A program made the position numbers and the translations under genes. This document shows positions 37,514 through 49,484 of a stretch of 64,000 bases of DNA, one piece after another. The notes beneath the pieces are model-generated. The model saw only the letters and a list, made by a program, of their open reading frames with translations. It searched no databases and had not been told where the DNA came from. Within the stretch, counting starts at the first letter, position 1; each line of letters starts with the position of its first letter. This DNA is from Selaginella moellendorffii (lineage: Eukaryota; Plantae; Lycopodiophyta), in the NCBI RefSeq assembly GCF_000143415.4, contig NW_003314363.1:1-64000 (forward strand). Direction: 5' to 3'.

Positions 37514-39091
37514 ATGGAGCTTGCGAGCAACGTAATCAAGGAGCGATTGGCGTCGCTGGGCATCTCCTTGGCACCCGTGGCCGCGGACAAGACAGCACCG
37601 GACGTGCTGCTGGTTGCCAGGAGAGCTGCCCACAGCTCTTGCCGCGATGTGGTGCGAGTACTGGCGCACTCGAGCGTGCTCAAGAAGGAGTGTGACTACT
37701 TCCGGGAATGGTTCATCGACTACGACGTGCGCATGGCGGAGGAGCGGCGGCGCAAGGCGCTTGTAGCGGACATGGTGCAGAGTGTGATGAGGAATGTGGA
37801 GGAGGAGGCGAAAGTGAGGCAGGCAATCACCGGCATGCTGGAGGGCGTCATGACCAACGTGATTGAGCTCCACAAAGGCGACGAGGAGGAGGAAGCAGCG
37901 CACGGAGAGGAAGCGGCAGAGCGTAGGCCTGGCGTCGCGGCGGCGGCGCCAGAGGAGGAGGTGGAGGTGCAGCGGTATATAGTCATAGAGAAGCTCGAGT
38001 GGACAGCCCCTGTCCTGCACGCCATTCTGGAATGGCTGTATACGCGCTGCTGCCACATCGATGTGGAGCATCTGTGGGCAGTGTACGAGGCGGCGGACAA
38101 GATGGTGCTGAGCAGCTTGAGCGGAGCCATCCGCGACTACAGCAGTCCGCATTACCTCCGGTACGCGCTGGACAAGGAGGAGGATCGTAAGGCCCTCCTC
38201 AGGCTGTGCTCCAAGGCGCGGTGCGCGGAGCTTGGGAGCCTGCGAGTGCTGTGCGAGAGCCTGTCCCGCTCGCCCATCTCCTCCTCCTTCTGCATGCTCC
38301 TCCACACGGCAGCCATCTCGTACAGGCGGCCATCCTTTCTGCCCGAGGGCCTCTACACAATGTTGGGACATCCCGTGTGCTGTCTCAAGGAGGCCGAGCC
38401 GCTGGAGCCTCTCAAGCCGTACATCACCCTCGTCCGGGAGTCGGGCTGCCGCTTCCGCAGGAGAAAGGTGGCGGCAGCGAGCGGAGGAGTAGCGTCGGCC
38501 AAGATGAAGGACGTGGAGTGGCGGATCATGGACCTGGGCAGCAATGCTGCTCGATGCTGCCACACCTTGTTCCGCTACTCGGCGGAGGTAAGCTTCGAGG
38601 CGGCCACAAAGGCTGGCATGCTGGTGAAGCCGGTGCGCCAGGAGACGTTTAGCCTGAGGATGGTGACGGGCTCCATGGTGAGCAGCATCATCAAGTGCGC
38701 GCTGGGCAAGGCCATCCCAGCCGCGGAGCTCAAGGTCAAGGAGGAGAGGGGATCGGGCTACTATATCCGCGGCCCCAGCTACTGCTTCTCGCTGCTGCTC
38801 CAGGGCGAGCCCTCCATGATCCTGGTGGGTGCCAAGGCCATCCCCCATGACATGATCGGCCGTGCGGCACTGCGGATCAGGAATCCCTCGGAGCGCACCT
38901 TTGCCAGATTCCTTCCCGCCATGAGGTCCTTCGGCGTCGACTTTGAGGCCAACACGCTCTACATCATCAAGCCGCTACACAGCATCATCCGCATTCTCGA
39001 GTTTGTGGCGGGCGTCAGCCGCGAGGCCTTCACCCCGCTCGAGTTCGAGAGGCATGTGGTGGAAGTTGTCGAGGCCACGGATCCTTTTTAA
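37514..39091 (+). CDS. Intronless divergent BTB/POZ-domain protein
   Basis: PDVLLVA...LAHSSVLKKECDYFREWF and VLHAILEWLYT...VYEAADK are the two BTB halves, separated by an acidic insert. The first ATG of the ORF is at 37514; the ORF is open from ~37424. Confidence 0.65.
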   Translation: MELASNVIKERLASLGISLAPVAADKTAPDVLLVARRAAHSSCRDVVRVLAHSSVLKKECDYFREWFIDYDVRMAEERRRKALVADMVQSVMRNVEEEAKVRQAITGMLEGVMTNVIELHKGDEEEEAAHGEEAAERRPGVAAAAPEEEVEVQRYIVIEKLEWTAPVLHAILEWLYTRCCHIDVEHLWAVYEAADKMVLSSLSGAIRDYSSPHYLRYALDKEEDRKALLRLCSKARCAELGSLRVLCESLSRSPISSSFCMLLHTAAISYRRPSFLPEGLYTMLGHPVCCLKEAEPLEPLKPYITLVRESGCRFRRRKVAAASGGVASAKMKDVEWRIMDLGSNAARCCHTLFRYSAEVSFEAATKAGMLVKPVRQETFSLRMVTGSMVSSIIKCALGKAIPAAELKVKEERGSGYYIRGPSYCFSLLLQGEPSMILVGAKAIPHDMIGRAALRIRNPSERTFARFLPAMRSFGVDFEANTLYIIKPLHSIIRILEFVAGVSREAFTPLEFERHVVEVVEATDPF

Positions 39092-39129
39092 CCACAAAGC
39101 AATACAAATACACACCACCTTGCTTTTGC

Positions 39130-41019
39130 TTAGAGCAGCCCCCGGCGGCGCTTGTAGTCGTTGACTGTGAGCGTGAGGCTGTGGCGCCGGCCGTCGTCGT
39201 CGTCGACGCGCACACCGTAGTGAGCTTCCATCTTCCGCTTCCGCTCCATGAAGGCCATGGCTGCTCCCTGCCCGCCTTTGAAGCGCTCCAGTGCGGCCAA
39301 CGATATGGGCAAGTCGAAGTCGTGCAGGCTAAACATCTTGGAGAACTGGCGCCCCATCAGGCGGCCATTGCCAGCCTTGGTCAGCTCCTGCAAAAAGCCC
39401 GCCCCGTCTTTACCCGCCTTATCACCCCCGATGGCTTCGCTGTGCTCCTCCGCTGCGGTCTTTGGAGCGTCCGACTTGTAGTAGTTTTGTGACCTTGTCC
39501 ACCTCCGGGAGAAGGGATCGTAGCCCGCTTCGCCCATCTTGGCCGCTGGCTTGAGTTCCGACGCGTTTTTAAAGTTTTCAAACCTGTTCCTCCGGTTCAT
39601 CATCTCGATACGTTCCGCCTTTTCATTCTTGGTTTGCTGCTTGGACGCCAGAGACTCGAGCTCCTTGAGCTTCTCGTGCAGCCGCTCTATCTGCTCCTGG
39701 TCTCCCTTGCCTTCAGCGACGCTCAGCTCCTTCATCACTCTTTCCTTTTCCAGCGCCAAGTTGGACGGCCTCGCCGATGCCATCTTCTTCTCCTGCAGCA
39801 TCTGCTTCACTGCTGCAGCCGAGTAGACGAAGGAGGCGATCTTCTCCAGGGCCTCGGCCTTGTCCCTCACCGCCGACTTGCTGATGCCGGGAGAGTCCGA
39901 CTTGGCCACCTCCGCCTTCCATGCATCGATCTCGTCGTCTGTAGGGGCCTGGTCGGATGCTCGAACCATCTGCCAGCGAGCCGCCGAGGAGTCGTCCCCC
40001 CACGTACAGTTGAGATACTTGTGCGTGGTGCGGTTTTCAAACTTGTAGGGCTTGTCCGGCTCCGTAGCATCCACATTCTTCACGAGGCACAGGCGGTACA
40101 TGCTTGTGCCGCTGTTGGACATGCCGATGCCAATGCGCACGAAGCATCCCACGATCACCTCCTCGAAAAACGGCTCCATGAACCACTTTGACAGCTTGGA
40201 CCTCCGGATGGTGATCTTCCTGATGTCCTCGTTGTCGGGCAGGCTCACTCGCCCCCCTCGCTCGTCGTCGTCGTCCTCCGAAGGTACGTCGCTGCGGTTG
40301 GATTCTCCTCGGCTGCTCTCCTCGTCGTCGTCGTCTTCGGAATCAGCATCAGAGTTGGAGCTCGGGCTGGCGCTGCGGCGGGGCGGCGGAGCAGCCGCAC
40401 CACCTGCAACATGCTCCCGTCTCTTCCTCTGCTGGTGCTGGTGCTGGTGCTGGTGCTGATGCTGCTGCTGTAGCTGGCTCGCGTCCTGCGACCTCTGCCT
40501 CTTGGCCACCAGCTCGCTCAGAGCGTTGGTCTTGGAGGTTTTGGTGGTTTCCCTGCCCGAGGACCTCATCCGGGACGAGGGTGGCCCGTCCCTCTTCCGC
40601 TCCTCCTCTGCAATGCGCGCCTCGGTCGACTTCTTGAGGCTGTAGTTGTCTCGCTTCTCCGACCTCTCGTGCAGGATCATCTCCCTCTCCAGCTCCGTCA
40701 TCGCCTCCAGCTTCCGCTTGTCCTCGTCGTCCTTGTACAGATCACTCCCAAACGACAGGTCGCTCCCGGAGCCCTCGTCCCTGTCCCCGCCATCAAACCT
40801 CTTCTTGAGTGGCATCTTGGAGCCGCCCTTGCCCTTTTTGTCGTAGTCGTCTTCATCCTCCTCCTCGTCCTCGTCAGAGCTGGAGCTGGAGCCTCTCCTG
40901 GAGCTTCTCTTACCATCTCTCTTGCTGGCGGCGCCGCTGCTAGCGTTCGTGTTGCTGCCGCTCTTGCGACCAGCAGCGGCCAGGAGCATGTGCTCCAGAT
41001 CGAGGGCGTCGTCCGCCAT
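39130..41019 (-). CDS. VIP5: RTF1/VIP5 Paf1 complex subunit (Plus3 domain)
   Basis: DLYKDDEDKRKLEAMTELEREMIL; ITIRRSKLSKWFMEPFFEEVIVGCFVRIGIG; YDPFSRRWTRSQNYY; SLTLTVNDYKRRRGLL. Confidence 0.95.
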   Translation of the reverse strand: MADDALDLEHMLLAAAGRKSGSNTNASSGAASKRDGKRSSRRGSSSSSDEDEEEDEDDYDKKGKGGSKMPLKKRFDGGDRDEGSGSDLSFGSDLYKDDEDKRKLEAMTELEREMILHERSEKRDNYSLKKSTEARIAEEERKRDGPPSSRMRSSGRETTKTSKTNALSELVAKRQRSQDASQLQQQHQHQHQHQHQQRKRREHVAGGAAAPPPRRSASPSSNSDADSEDDDDEESSRGESNRSDVPSEDDDDERGGRVSLPDNEDIRKITIRRSKLSKWFMEPFFEEVIVGCFVRIGIGMSNSGTSMYRLCLVKNVDATEPDKPYKFENRTTHKYLNCTWGDDSSAARWQMVRASDQAPTDDEIDAWKAEVAKSDSPGISKSAVRDKAEALEKIASFVYSAAAVKQMLQEKKMASARPSNLALEKERVMKELSVAEGKGDQEQIERLHEKLKELESLASKQQTKNEKAERIEMMNRRNRFENFKNASELKPAAKMGEAGYDPFSRRWTRSQNYYKSDAPKTAAEEHSEAIGGDKAGKDGAGFLQELTKAGNGRLMGRQFSKMFSLHDFDLPISLAALERFKGGQGAAMAFMERKRKMEAHYGVRVDDDDGRRHSLTLTVNDYKRRRGLL

Positions 41020-41070
41020 GGCCACTCCTCTGACCTAATACTAAGATGAGCTCAAAAGAGCTCTACTCGT

Positions 41071-41078
41071 TAGGGTTT
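41071..41078. promoter_or_regulatory. Telo box in the 88-bp divergent promoter between VIP5 and the LRR kinase
   Basis: TAGGGTTT (reverse AAACCCTA). Confidence 0.5.
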
Positions 41079-41107
41079 TAGAGGAGTGTGCGAGTCCTAG
41101 GCGGCGT

Positions 41108-44100
41108 ATGGCGTCGGGGGAGGGCCATAGCGAGGGAGCGGAGGGGCACGGGGCGCCGGGCCAGGGCGCGGGCAGTGCCAGCAAGGCGGAGGAGGAGGAG
41201 GAGGGGGAGGAGGGTGACGATGTGATCGATGTCTCTCCCTCAGGCTGCTGCGCCTCGTCGCTGGCGTGCGTCCCAGCTGCAAAGTCCCAGCGGGCCAAGC
41301 AAATGTACGTGTTTGACAACGTTTTCACCCTTTTGCCACGCTCTCTTCTGCAATTCACGAGCCTCCGGGTCCTCAAGGTCTTCTCCAACGCCGCGCGCTA
41401 CTTCCCCGACCTTGACGACAACTGCTTCCCCCAGTTGGAGCAGCTCCAGGTGAGGGCATCTCCACTGGGACTGTCCAGCCTTTTGCCGCTTGGGAAAATG
41501 CCCGCTCTCAAGACGCTCGAGCTCCACCAGCTTCCGCTCCGCCCCTCTGCGTCCTTTCTACCAGCCGAAATTGCCAACCTCCAGGAGCTCCGACGGCTTT
41601 CGGTCTGTCACTTCTCAATCTCGTAAGTCACTCCTCCTTCTCTGTTTCACATCCAAACGCTCGCTTTTCAGGTATCTACCACCAGAAATTGGATCTCTTC
41701 ACAGCCTCCAGGAGCTGGACTTGTCGTTTAACAAGCTCAAGCTCTTACCCAAGGAAATATCCGGATTGACATCACTTAAATCGCTCAAGCTCTCAAACAA
41801 CAAGCTGGGGGAGCTTCCTTCGTCTATTAGTACAATGCTTTCACTGGCCACCCTTGATGTTGGCCATAATAGACTAACTTCGCTCCTCACACTGGATCTG
41901 CAAGCTATGACTTCCTTGCAAGAACTAAATGCTCAAGTAGGCTTTAGCGGTACTTCAAGCTTCCTACTTTGGTTCGTTTCTCATCTATCTCTTCTCCTCT
42001 TGTGCAGTTTAATAAGTTGCAAGCGACTGGAGAGATTCCAACATGGCTCAGGTGCAACTTTGAGGGTAACGAGTGGCTGCAATTTTATTCGGAGAGAAAA
42101 AAGGCTAAAGGTAATTTACTGTCTACTTTATTTTTGAAAGGAACGTAACTTGATGGATGGAACAGGATCTAGGAACTCCGGCAATCGGTCAAAGCTGGGA
42201 GTTGAAAGCAGGCGGTGCAAGACATTGGGGTCTGCGATACCTGAGGAGATGGTGCTCCTGGATTCTGGAAACTACCGGACTGTTGACAAGAGAGGAAGCG
42301 CAAACGAGCTTGGGGAAAGTACAGATTTGCCGCTACAAAGCAAGCAACTAACAGTGACAGAGAAGGCTGGCACTCATGCAGGTTCGACTCACAAGAGGCT
42401 TGGGCATTGTCCTGTTGAAGGTAATCCAAAGCCTAGCAAGCGTCGGAAGGCAGCTGAGAAGTTCTCTGAGGTGTCATACAAGTACAGCAAAGATTCTTTC
42501 TGTGGTTTCGATGACCATCTTGTGGATGGTTTTTACGACGCGGGCAGGGACCATCCTTTTCTTCCGCTGGAAGCCTTGGAAAATGAGCAGTTCAGTTTCA
42601 ACAGGCGCGAGGTTATACTGGTCGACAGGTAGGCACACGTTCTAAAGCTGCAAATTACAAGCTGGTACCTGCAGAACCAAAGACGAGGATTTGGACGCGA
42701 TGGCTTCATCCGCTAAACAACTGCTTGTTAGTCTTGGACCTGGCGGGGCAACATTTGAGCATGGTTCGAGTGACTTGTACAACGTTGCAATGCTGGCCTT
42801 GTTCGTGTCAGATTGTTTGGGTGGGAGCGACAAGACGTTGAATGTTAAAATCATGCGGCGCACTGCACTTGGTTCTACGTCAAGTATGCCCTTCGTATGT
42901 TCGTGCTGCGCAACAGGGCCAAGCGACAGTGGTGCCTCTTTTTCCGGTGCGCTTCCAAGCATGCGTACACTCAGTGACGAAGCAATAAGACATGTTAAGC
43001 TTAAGAGGAACTCCAACGTAGTACCTTTGGGATCATTGCCTTATGGCGTTTGTCGGCACCGGGCAATACTCATGAAGGTATGTTCTAAGCATTGTGTGCT
43101 TTATTCACGTCTTGTTTTGCAGTATCTTTGCGATCGATCGAGTCCCGTTATTCCTTGTGAGCTAGTGCGGGGATATTTGGATTATATGCCGCATGCTTGG
43201 AACGTTGTTCTTGTTTGTAGGGGTGGTGTTAACGTCAGGATGCTTGTCGACGCGTGTCGTCCTCTTGATATCAGGCTTGAAAGCGATCCAGAGTATTTCT
43301 GCCGGTTCGTTTCGAGGTTTTCCATTTTCGTTTTGTTTAAACAAAGTTTTTATTTCCTCTCTAGGTACATTCCAACCCGGCGGATACATGTGCAGCCTAG
43401 GGTGGTGGAGCTAGGCAGCGGGACGTTTTTGCCTCTGTTTTACGAGGAGATTGGTTTTGGTGCCTCCGGTGCAGAGGTTAGGAAATGCAGCGTTGGAGGT
43501 CATACGGCTGCTGCAAAGGTAAAACGTGCATGGAGATTTCGTTTTTTTTTTTTGTTTTCTTTTTTCTCACTACAAACCGTGTCCTTGTTCTATCAGATCC
43601 GGCAGCTGGATTCTACGGTTGTCAAAGAATCATCGGATGGTGGGTGGCTCAGTGAGTTGCGCATACACTGTAGCATCGGAGAGCATCCCAATGTTGTCGC
43701 GTTCTATGGTCATCAGCTATCTTTTGAATCCGCTGCGTCGAATGGCGCAAACAAAAAGCTGGACGCTCCTCAGCTGGTTATATTTATGGAGTATGTCAAG
43801 GGCGGGTCGCTAGACGTGAGTTGCTGGTTGCAAAATTTCCTGGTTTGCCGTACTAATTTGTTTTTGCAGAATGTTATCACTCGCTTCTCAAAAGATGGCT
43901 GCCTCTATACACCGCCCCGATTAGCAATAAATATTGCTGAAAGTGTAGCTCAAGGTCTGGTTTGGCTTCACTCAAGGGGGATCATCCACCGTGACATCAA
44001 AAGCAGTAACATACTGGTAGATTTGGATTCTCCTGACAATAGACCGGTAGTCAAGATTTGTGACTTTGATAGTGCCGTTCCTGTGGGTTCCTCGTCTATC

Positions 44101-44615
44101 CACACCTGTTACTTGGCACATCATGGTCTACCCCTTACTGATGTCTGCGTAGGCACTCCTCGATGGATTGCTCCAGAAGTGCTGGGTGCTATGTATACTC
44201 GTCAGCAGTACGGGCTGGTAAGCCTCCTCTTTCCAAACAATCATAACAGACATCATTCATGTCTGTGTGTCTACAGGAAGCAGATATGTGGTCTTTCGGC
44301 TGTTTCATCTCAGAATTGTTGACACTAAACGTTCCTTATGCGGGAATCGGGGACAATGAAATTCACAATCACATCAAAGTAAGTGTAGTAGTGACGATAT
44401 TGTCGTCTCTTTCTCATGCTTTTGTGGGGCAGGCTGGAGAGAGGCCCTCGTTAACGTGGAAGCTTGATGAGATTGTCCTTGAGCCAGCCGTTGGCGGCGA
44501 CAAAGATTGCCTAGATGCTTTGATACGTCTGTATGAGTCATGCACAGAGCTTGATCCTGGCAAACGGCCAACTGCACAAGAAGCTTTGTCGTCTTTACAG
44601 AAGCTGGTGGAATGA
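41108..44615 (+). CDS. LRR - EDR1-like - protein kinase (At1g04210-type)
   Basis: LRRs (LQELDLSFNKLKLLP); DHLVDGFYDAGRD; GVCRHRAILMKYLCDR; kinase HRDIKSSN, KICDFD, GTPRWIAPE. Confidence 0.9.
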
Positions 44616-44981
44616 GGAAGATTCATCATCCGACCCCAAAAGGTATGCTTTGAGCTGCACTGGTATTGATCATATTCATGTTTTTCAGCAGGCATTTCTT
44701 GTTGTCTTGCGAAAGGGAATATCGCACAGATTGTTATATACATTTGGAGGGTCAGTTTCTTTGCGTCTATATTTTATATTTTATACAACTTTCTCATTTT
44801 GTTTAATTACAACAGCTATCAACAATTGAAGTTGAAGCAAAGCAGGCATCAATGAAGATGGAAAGGCAATCAACCGATGCGTTTGATCCGCGAGCTGCCT
44901 TTGCTGCAAGGGATACCCCGTTGGATCCGATTTATGGGTCTATAAAAGTTAGCTCTTTCATAAGACGTGAGAAGACAAGCC

Positions 44982-46136
44982 ATGGAGGGAGGCGGCAGTA
45001 AGGTGGCCAAGTTTGCTCCCCGGGTGGATATGATGGGAATGAGCTTGCAATCGTCAACAGCCAACAGGGCGGTAGTAGATGTCCTCTTTGCGATCTTGAA
45101 TCCTCACCCGGTGGAACTTAAGCTGGTGGAAGTTGAGTTTGCGTTTGAGAAGGAAGACGACAGTGAAGTTGCGCTTGTGAAGCTGGTCCAGTATCCCAGT
45201 ACAATTCAAGCGTGCTCCTCGACGCTGATGATGGTGCCAGTGGAGTTGAAGCAGGCAGATGTCAGTCACGTTGCATCGCACACAATGAAGGCTCAACTCA
45301 ATTTTAGGCCGAACAGCATCAGCGATTTTTTCACGGTGAGTGTGGGTAAGGTGAAGGACTTTTTCAAGGTGCTGCAACCAGAAGGTGGACGGGCTTCCGG
45401 GTACGTCAACGGGGTGCACATTTCGTCCCTTTCTCCCGAGGAAGTCAAATTCAGCATCATTCTGCGAGTCTCCAACGGCAACACCATCCCAGTGGAGCTT
45501 GAAAGAGCGGAATTCGCTCTGGAGGAGGAGAGCAAGGTCAAGGTGGCTGATAAGGTGGTGCGCGCACTCCAGACCATCAATCCCAAGAGCCAGAAGCGAA
45601 TCGAGATCGGCCTGACGGTCGGGAAGGAGGAAATGAAAGGGGCTTCTCTTCCAGCTCCAGGCAACATGCTGAGCCTGAAGCTTAGGATGGACTTTTGGTT
45701 CAAGGATTCCTCTCACGGCGAGTACAAGATCTCTCAGGACAAATCCGTCTCTTTCCCAGTGCTGGCTCCCGCAGCAGCCCAGGTGAAGGAGGTGGTGTTT
45801 GAGCACGATGCTTCTGGCGTCCCCGTTGCCAGGATGCAGCTGCAACTCAAACTCGTCCCCATCAAGCTCAACGCCATACCTCACCTCGACTACACGATAC
45901 GCCACACCGCTTCTATGAAAGAGCCCGTGGCCAAACTCGCGAGCTGGTCGCTCCTTGGGCACGGTGACGCGACGACATTGGAAGAGGAGATGGCGGTGGA
46001 AGCTGTGTTGCAGCCCCTGGACGATTCAGCATTTGGCTCGGCACTGTGGGAGGTGTTTTGCGACAGAAGCACCAACTACACGTCCACCGTGACCATCGAG
46101 GGGAATTCCCTTGAGTATGGTACAGTTCGCATGTAG
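44982..46136 (+). CDS. Intronless protein with three tandem LEA_2/WHy-like domains
   Basis: Repeats VDVLFAILNPHPVELKLVEVEFAFE and FSIILRVSNGNTIPVELERAEFALE; C-terminal FGSALWEVF..TNYT resembles two-domain LEA_2 proteins; TATAAAA at 44941. Confidence 0.65.
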   Translation: MEGGGSKVAKFAPRVDMMGMSLQSSTANRAVVDVLFAILNPHPVELKLVEVEFAFEKEDDSEVALVKLVQYPSTIQACSSTLMMVPVELKQADVSHVASHTMKAQLNFRPNSISDFFTVSVGKVKDFFKVLQPEGGRASGYVNGVHISSLSPEEVKFSIILRVSNGNTIPVELERAEFALEEESKVKVADKVVRALQTINPKSQKRIEIGLTVGKEEMKGASLPAPGNMLSLKLRMDFWFKDSSHGEYKISQDKSVSFPVLAPAAAQVKEVVFEHDASGVPVARMQLQLKLVPIKLNAIPHLDYTIRHTASMKEPVAKLASWSLLGHGDATTLEEEMAVEAVLQPLDDSAFGSALWEVFCDRSTNYTSTVTIEGNSLEYGTVRM

Positions 46137-46180
46137 CTAGCACCTCTCCATTCTCGTTGAATAACAAGAAAATATTTCGT

Positions 46181-47558
46181 TCATGGTAACCTGGGAACCT
46201 TGGAAAAATTGGGCTGCCTGCCCTCCAGATAAGACTTCCTCCCTTCCTCGCCCTCTTCAGAGCCGTAGAACAGAAGCGTCGCGTTTCCAGCCAGCTCCTG
46301 CACATGCATCACGCATGCAGTCGAGTGATCCAGCAACCAAGAAAATCGCGGAAAATCACACCTGAAGGCCCGCATGCCCGTCTTCCACGGCGTTGAGCGC
46401 AGACTTGAGAACCCGGATGGCAGTGGGGCTATTCTTGAGCATTTGACGGCACCACTTGATTGTCTCCAGCTCCAGCTCCGCAACCTTTTAAAAAAGAAAA
46501 TGTATATAGCATGACCGCGGCGATTGCTCGACCGACTTACAGGCACCACCGCGTTGACAAGGCCCATCTCCAGGGCTTGCTGCGCATCGTAAAATCTCGC
46601 CAGGAACCACATCTCTCTCGCTCGCTTCTGCCCAACCTGCAAAGTAGCAATTGTAGCACCACTGGCATGCACGCACAGACTTACCAACCGGGCCATGATG
46701 CTACAGCCATAGCCAGCGTCAAAACTGCCCACCTTAGGCCCAGTCTGCCCAAACATGGCATTGTCCGCAGCGATAGTTATGTCGCACACCATGTGGAGGA
46801 CGTGACCTCCACCAACGGCGTAGCCAGCAACCTGCTCTAGAGATGATGAAGGGTGCTTCCATCCAAAGCAAAGCAACGAAATCGACTGCTCACCATTGCG
46901 ACGACGGGCTTAGGGAGCCTCCGAATTTGCATCTGTGACACAGGTCATGACTCTCAACTGGAGATGTAAGAGCTTGTTGCTTGCCTGCAAGTCCAAAACG
47001 TTGAGACGCGCATTGTTGTCTTGACCGACATAGCCATGCTTTCCACGCACTGATTGATCACCTCCACTGCAGAATGCATCGGTCCCCTGCAAGAGACATA
47101 CGTAGAGCTAAATATAAGGCGAAAGCTACTACCTGGCCTGTTAGTATCACCACTCCCACGTCCTTGTCGTCTCGAGCGGCAGACAATGCACGCTGCATCT
47201 CGGTAACTGTTCGAGGAGTGAAGGCATTCCTCTTGTGCGCTCTGTTGATGGTGATCTGAGCATACAGTTGAAGAAAGGATGAGCACAACTAGTACTCCCA
47301 AGCCACTCCCAAGCTTACTTTTGCTATTCCTTCTCCAAGAGCCTTGTGGTATAGCACCTCCTCTAGCTCTGGGCCGTCGCCTACCCAGGACTTGAGCCAC
47401 ACTACCCTCTCGCAAGAGATATCCCCGTGACGGCGTTCATAGCTACTTTGGCTTCGTCTGCAAACCACAGCTTCCAGCCTGCAACTTGAATCCTCGGTCA
47501 AGGGTGGTACCAGATGAGAAGAAAGGCGAGCGAGGCGACAGCGTGACTTGTCCGCCAT
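46181..47558 (-). CDS. MENB: Peroxisomal 1,4-dihydroxy-2-naphthoyl-CoA synthase (phylloquinone pathway)
   Basis: PTS2 RLARLSSHL; [12 protein letters not shown]; AFCSGGDQ; [40 protein letters not shown]. Confidence 0.95.
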
Positions 47559-47608
47559 AGCCAACTTACTGGGCGTTATCCACACCAATCACTAAAAGCT
47601 TGCATTAC

Positions 47609-49288
47609 CTATGTTTCGTGATCATCGTTATTGTCAATACCGCCTGGCACTATTCTATACCAGATGCGCAGAAATACCGCGAGCATGCCTTCAATCGCGT
47701 CACAGATCGTATCGGTGATCAACGTGACTATATATGTGATCACAGTGACGATGAAATTCCAAAACGAGCCCGGCCAGTAGTATGGATGGAGCAAGCGAAA
47801 GAGCAAACTGATGACAAGCCTCGGCTGCCTGCCCACCTGTATACCCTCCAGCCTATCAGAAACTCGCGTTGCTCGTGCAAAACCTCCAAGCCACTCACCG
47901 GGAACAGGCAGTCTAGTGTATCCCAGGCAGCGTGCCTCACGGGTCTTGTGGGATACATCGGCCCACCGGGTGAGGTAAAACTGAAGAGCGCTGTTTTCAG
48001 ACGTGTACTTGTTGTCACTCTAAGCTCCTTCCCTATCAGACGCGGCGACATTGTGAGGACAAGGAGAAAGCAGCACGGGTCCACACACCTTTGAGTGCCT
48101 TTGCGCTCCACAGGTAGTGAAGTAGCACCGGTTCAACCTTCACCTTCTGCAGCTGAGGAAAAACGAAAGCGTAGCATACAGCTCCAGTAAGCATGGAAAG
48201 ATGAGAATACCTGGTCGGTCAGCTCTATGACAAACACGTCGGCCGCCGCTCCATTGTACCCAGGCACAAGAGGAAACCTGCTTAAAAAATCATCCAGCCC
48301 ATCGGCTGCAACTTACACACACGTTACTAGGTGCATGGAGTGAGAGCGAAACAAATCCACCTGGCTCGTAGAAGAAGAAAAACCTTGCCAAAAGTAACGC
48401 GAGCTCCCTTCGACTCTAAGTGAATGCAGGCAAACTAATAAGCACTGAATTCACGCCAGCCATGCTTGCTTACTTGTAGGGGAAACTTATTGAGTTGGTC
48501 GGACGACAGAGCTGCCTCCATTGTGTACTGCAAAAGGCAGGAAGGAAAAAAAAAAAAAAACCAAGAGAGATCTGGCACTTATACAAAGAAATCTGGTTAC
48601 GTGATAGAGAGAATGAAATCGTGTCACGTTGCCCAATAGATCAATCCTGCCATGCAGGGCATGAGAGAGAACGTGTGCAAAACAACGCAAAACGTACCAG
48701 AAGATGTTGCTGGCACCCTCGATGAATGCGGTGGTGTAGCGGAGCAAACCATCCGAGGCATCCGTTGGAATCTCGAATAGCTTTGAGCAGGAGAGTCACA
48801 ATCATCAGCAATCTGTCGAGGCGCAAAATTCATACCCATTGATAGAAGACGAGCGCAAAGATTTGCGATGCGAACGACTGGGTCCACAGCTGTACAAACA
48901 AGGGAAGGAGGGGCTTGGCATCCTCGGGGATCTGCGCGTAGTGCTCCGCGAGGACTTCATAAAAGCACTTCCTGCCCACGAACAGGTGCTCAGCATCTTG
49001 TCCATACAAGAGTTCTGTCCAATCCAAAAGAATCCAAGAGCCTGGCTGCGTAAACTAGAAGCGCGAACTCACTACCTTTTGCACGATCGTCCACTTCGAG
49101 AGCTACATCAGTGAAGAGCTGCCTGAGACAATCTCCGCGCTGGGACGGCAAGCTGATCGCCTGGATAGAGAGTGAGGAGCTCCTGCTGGCAGTGAGACTT
49201 GAGTTACCTTGTGCAGCTTGCGGAGGAGCTGCTGCGTGAGAGCCGTCCGGTAGGCCGACTTGGGGAGGGGGCGGTGGCGGTCCGACAT
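47609..49288 (-). CDS. Conserved plant protein of unknown function with C-terminal hydrophobic segment
   Basis: Multi-exon; FYEVLAEHY...LWTQSFASQIFALVFYQW and RLKTALFSFTSPGGPMYPTRPVRHAAWDTLDCLFPVG..LFRLLHPYYWP. Confidence 0.75.
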
Positions 49289-49484
49289 GACATCTCTCTC
49301 CGCGGTCCTTGCCCTACACACCTATATGTGTTGTGTTTGAGTGATCCTCGCAAAGTCATTAAAAAAGCCATGCATGATATGTACAGAGAGTGAGTATCAT
49401 CATCTCTAGCCGATCAAAAACCAATATCAGTGTTTGATATTGAGAGGGGGGCACACAATCTTGAGAGCTGGATTGGATCGCTCC

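Noticed and set aside
37427-38848. 473-aa antisense ORF over the BTB gene (likewise 45054-45962, 59140-60078 and 36643-37683)
   Set aside because: Expected shadow ORFs from GC3-rich codon usage; no protein motifs.
44055-44075. Kinase DFG motif reads DFD
   Set aside because: From recall this is typical of the LRR-EDR1 kinase family, and the other catalytic motifs are intact.
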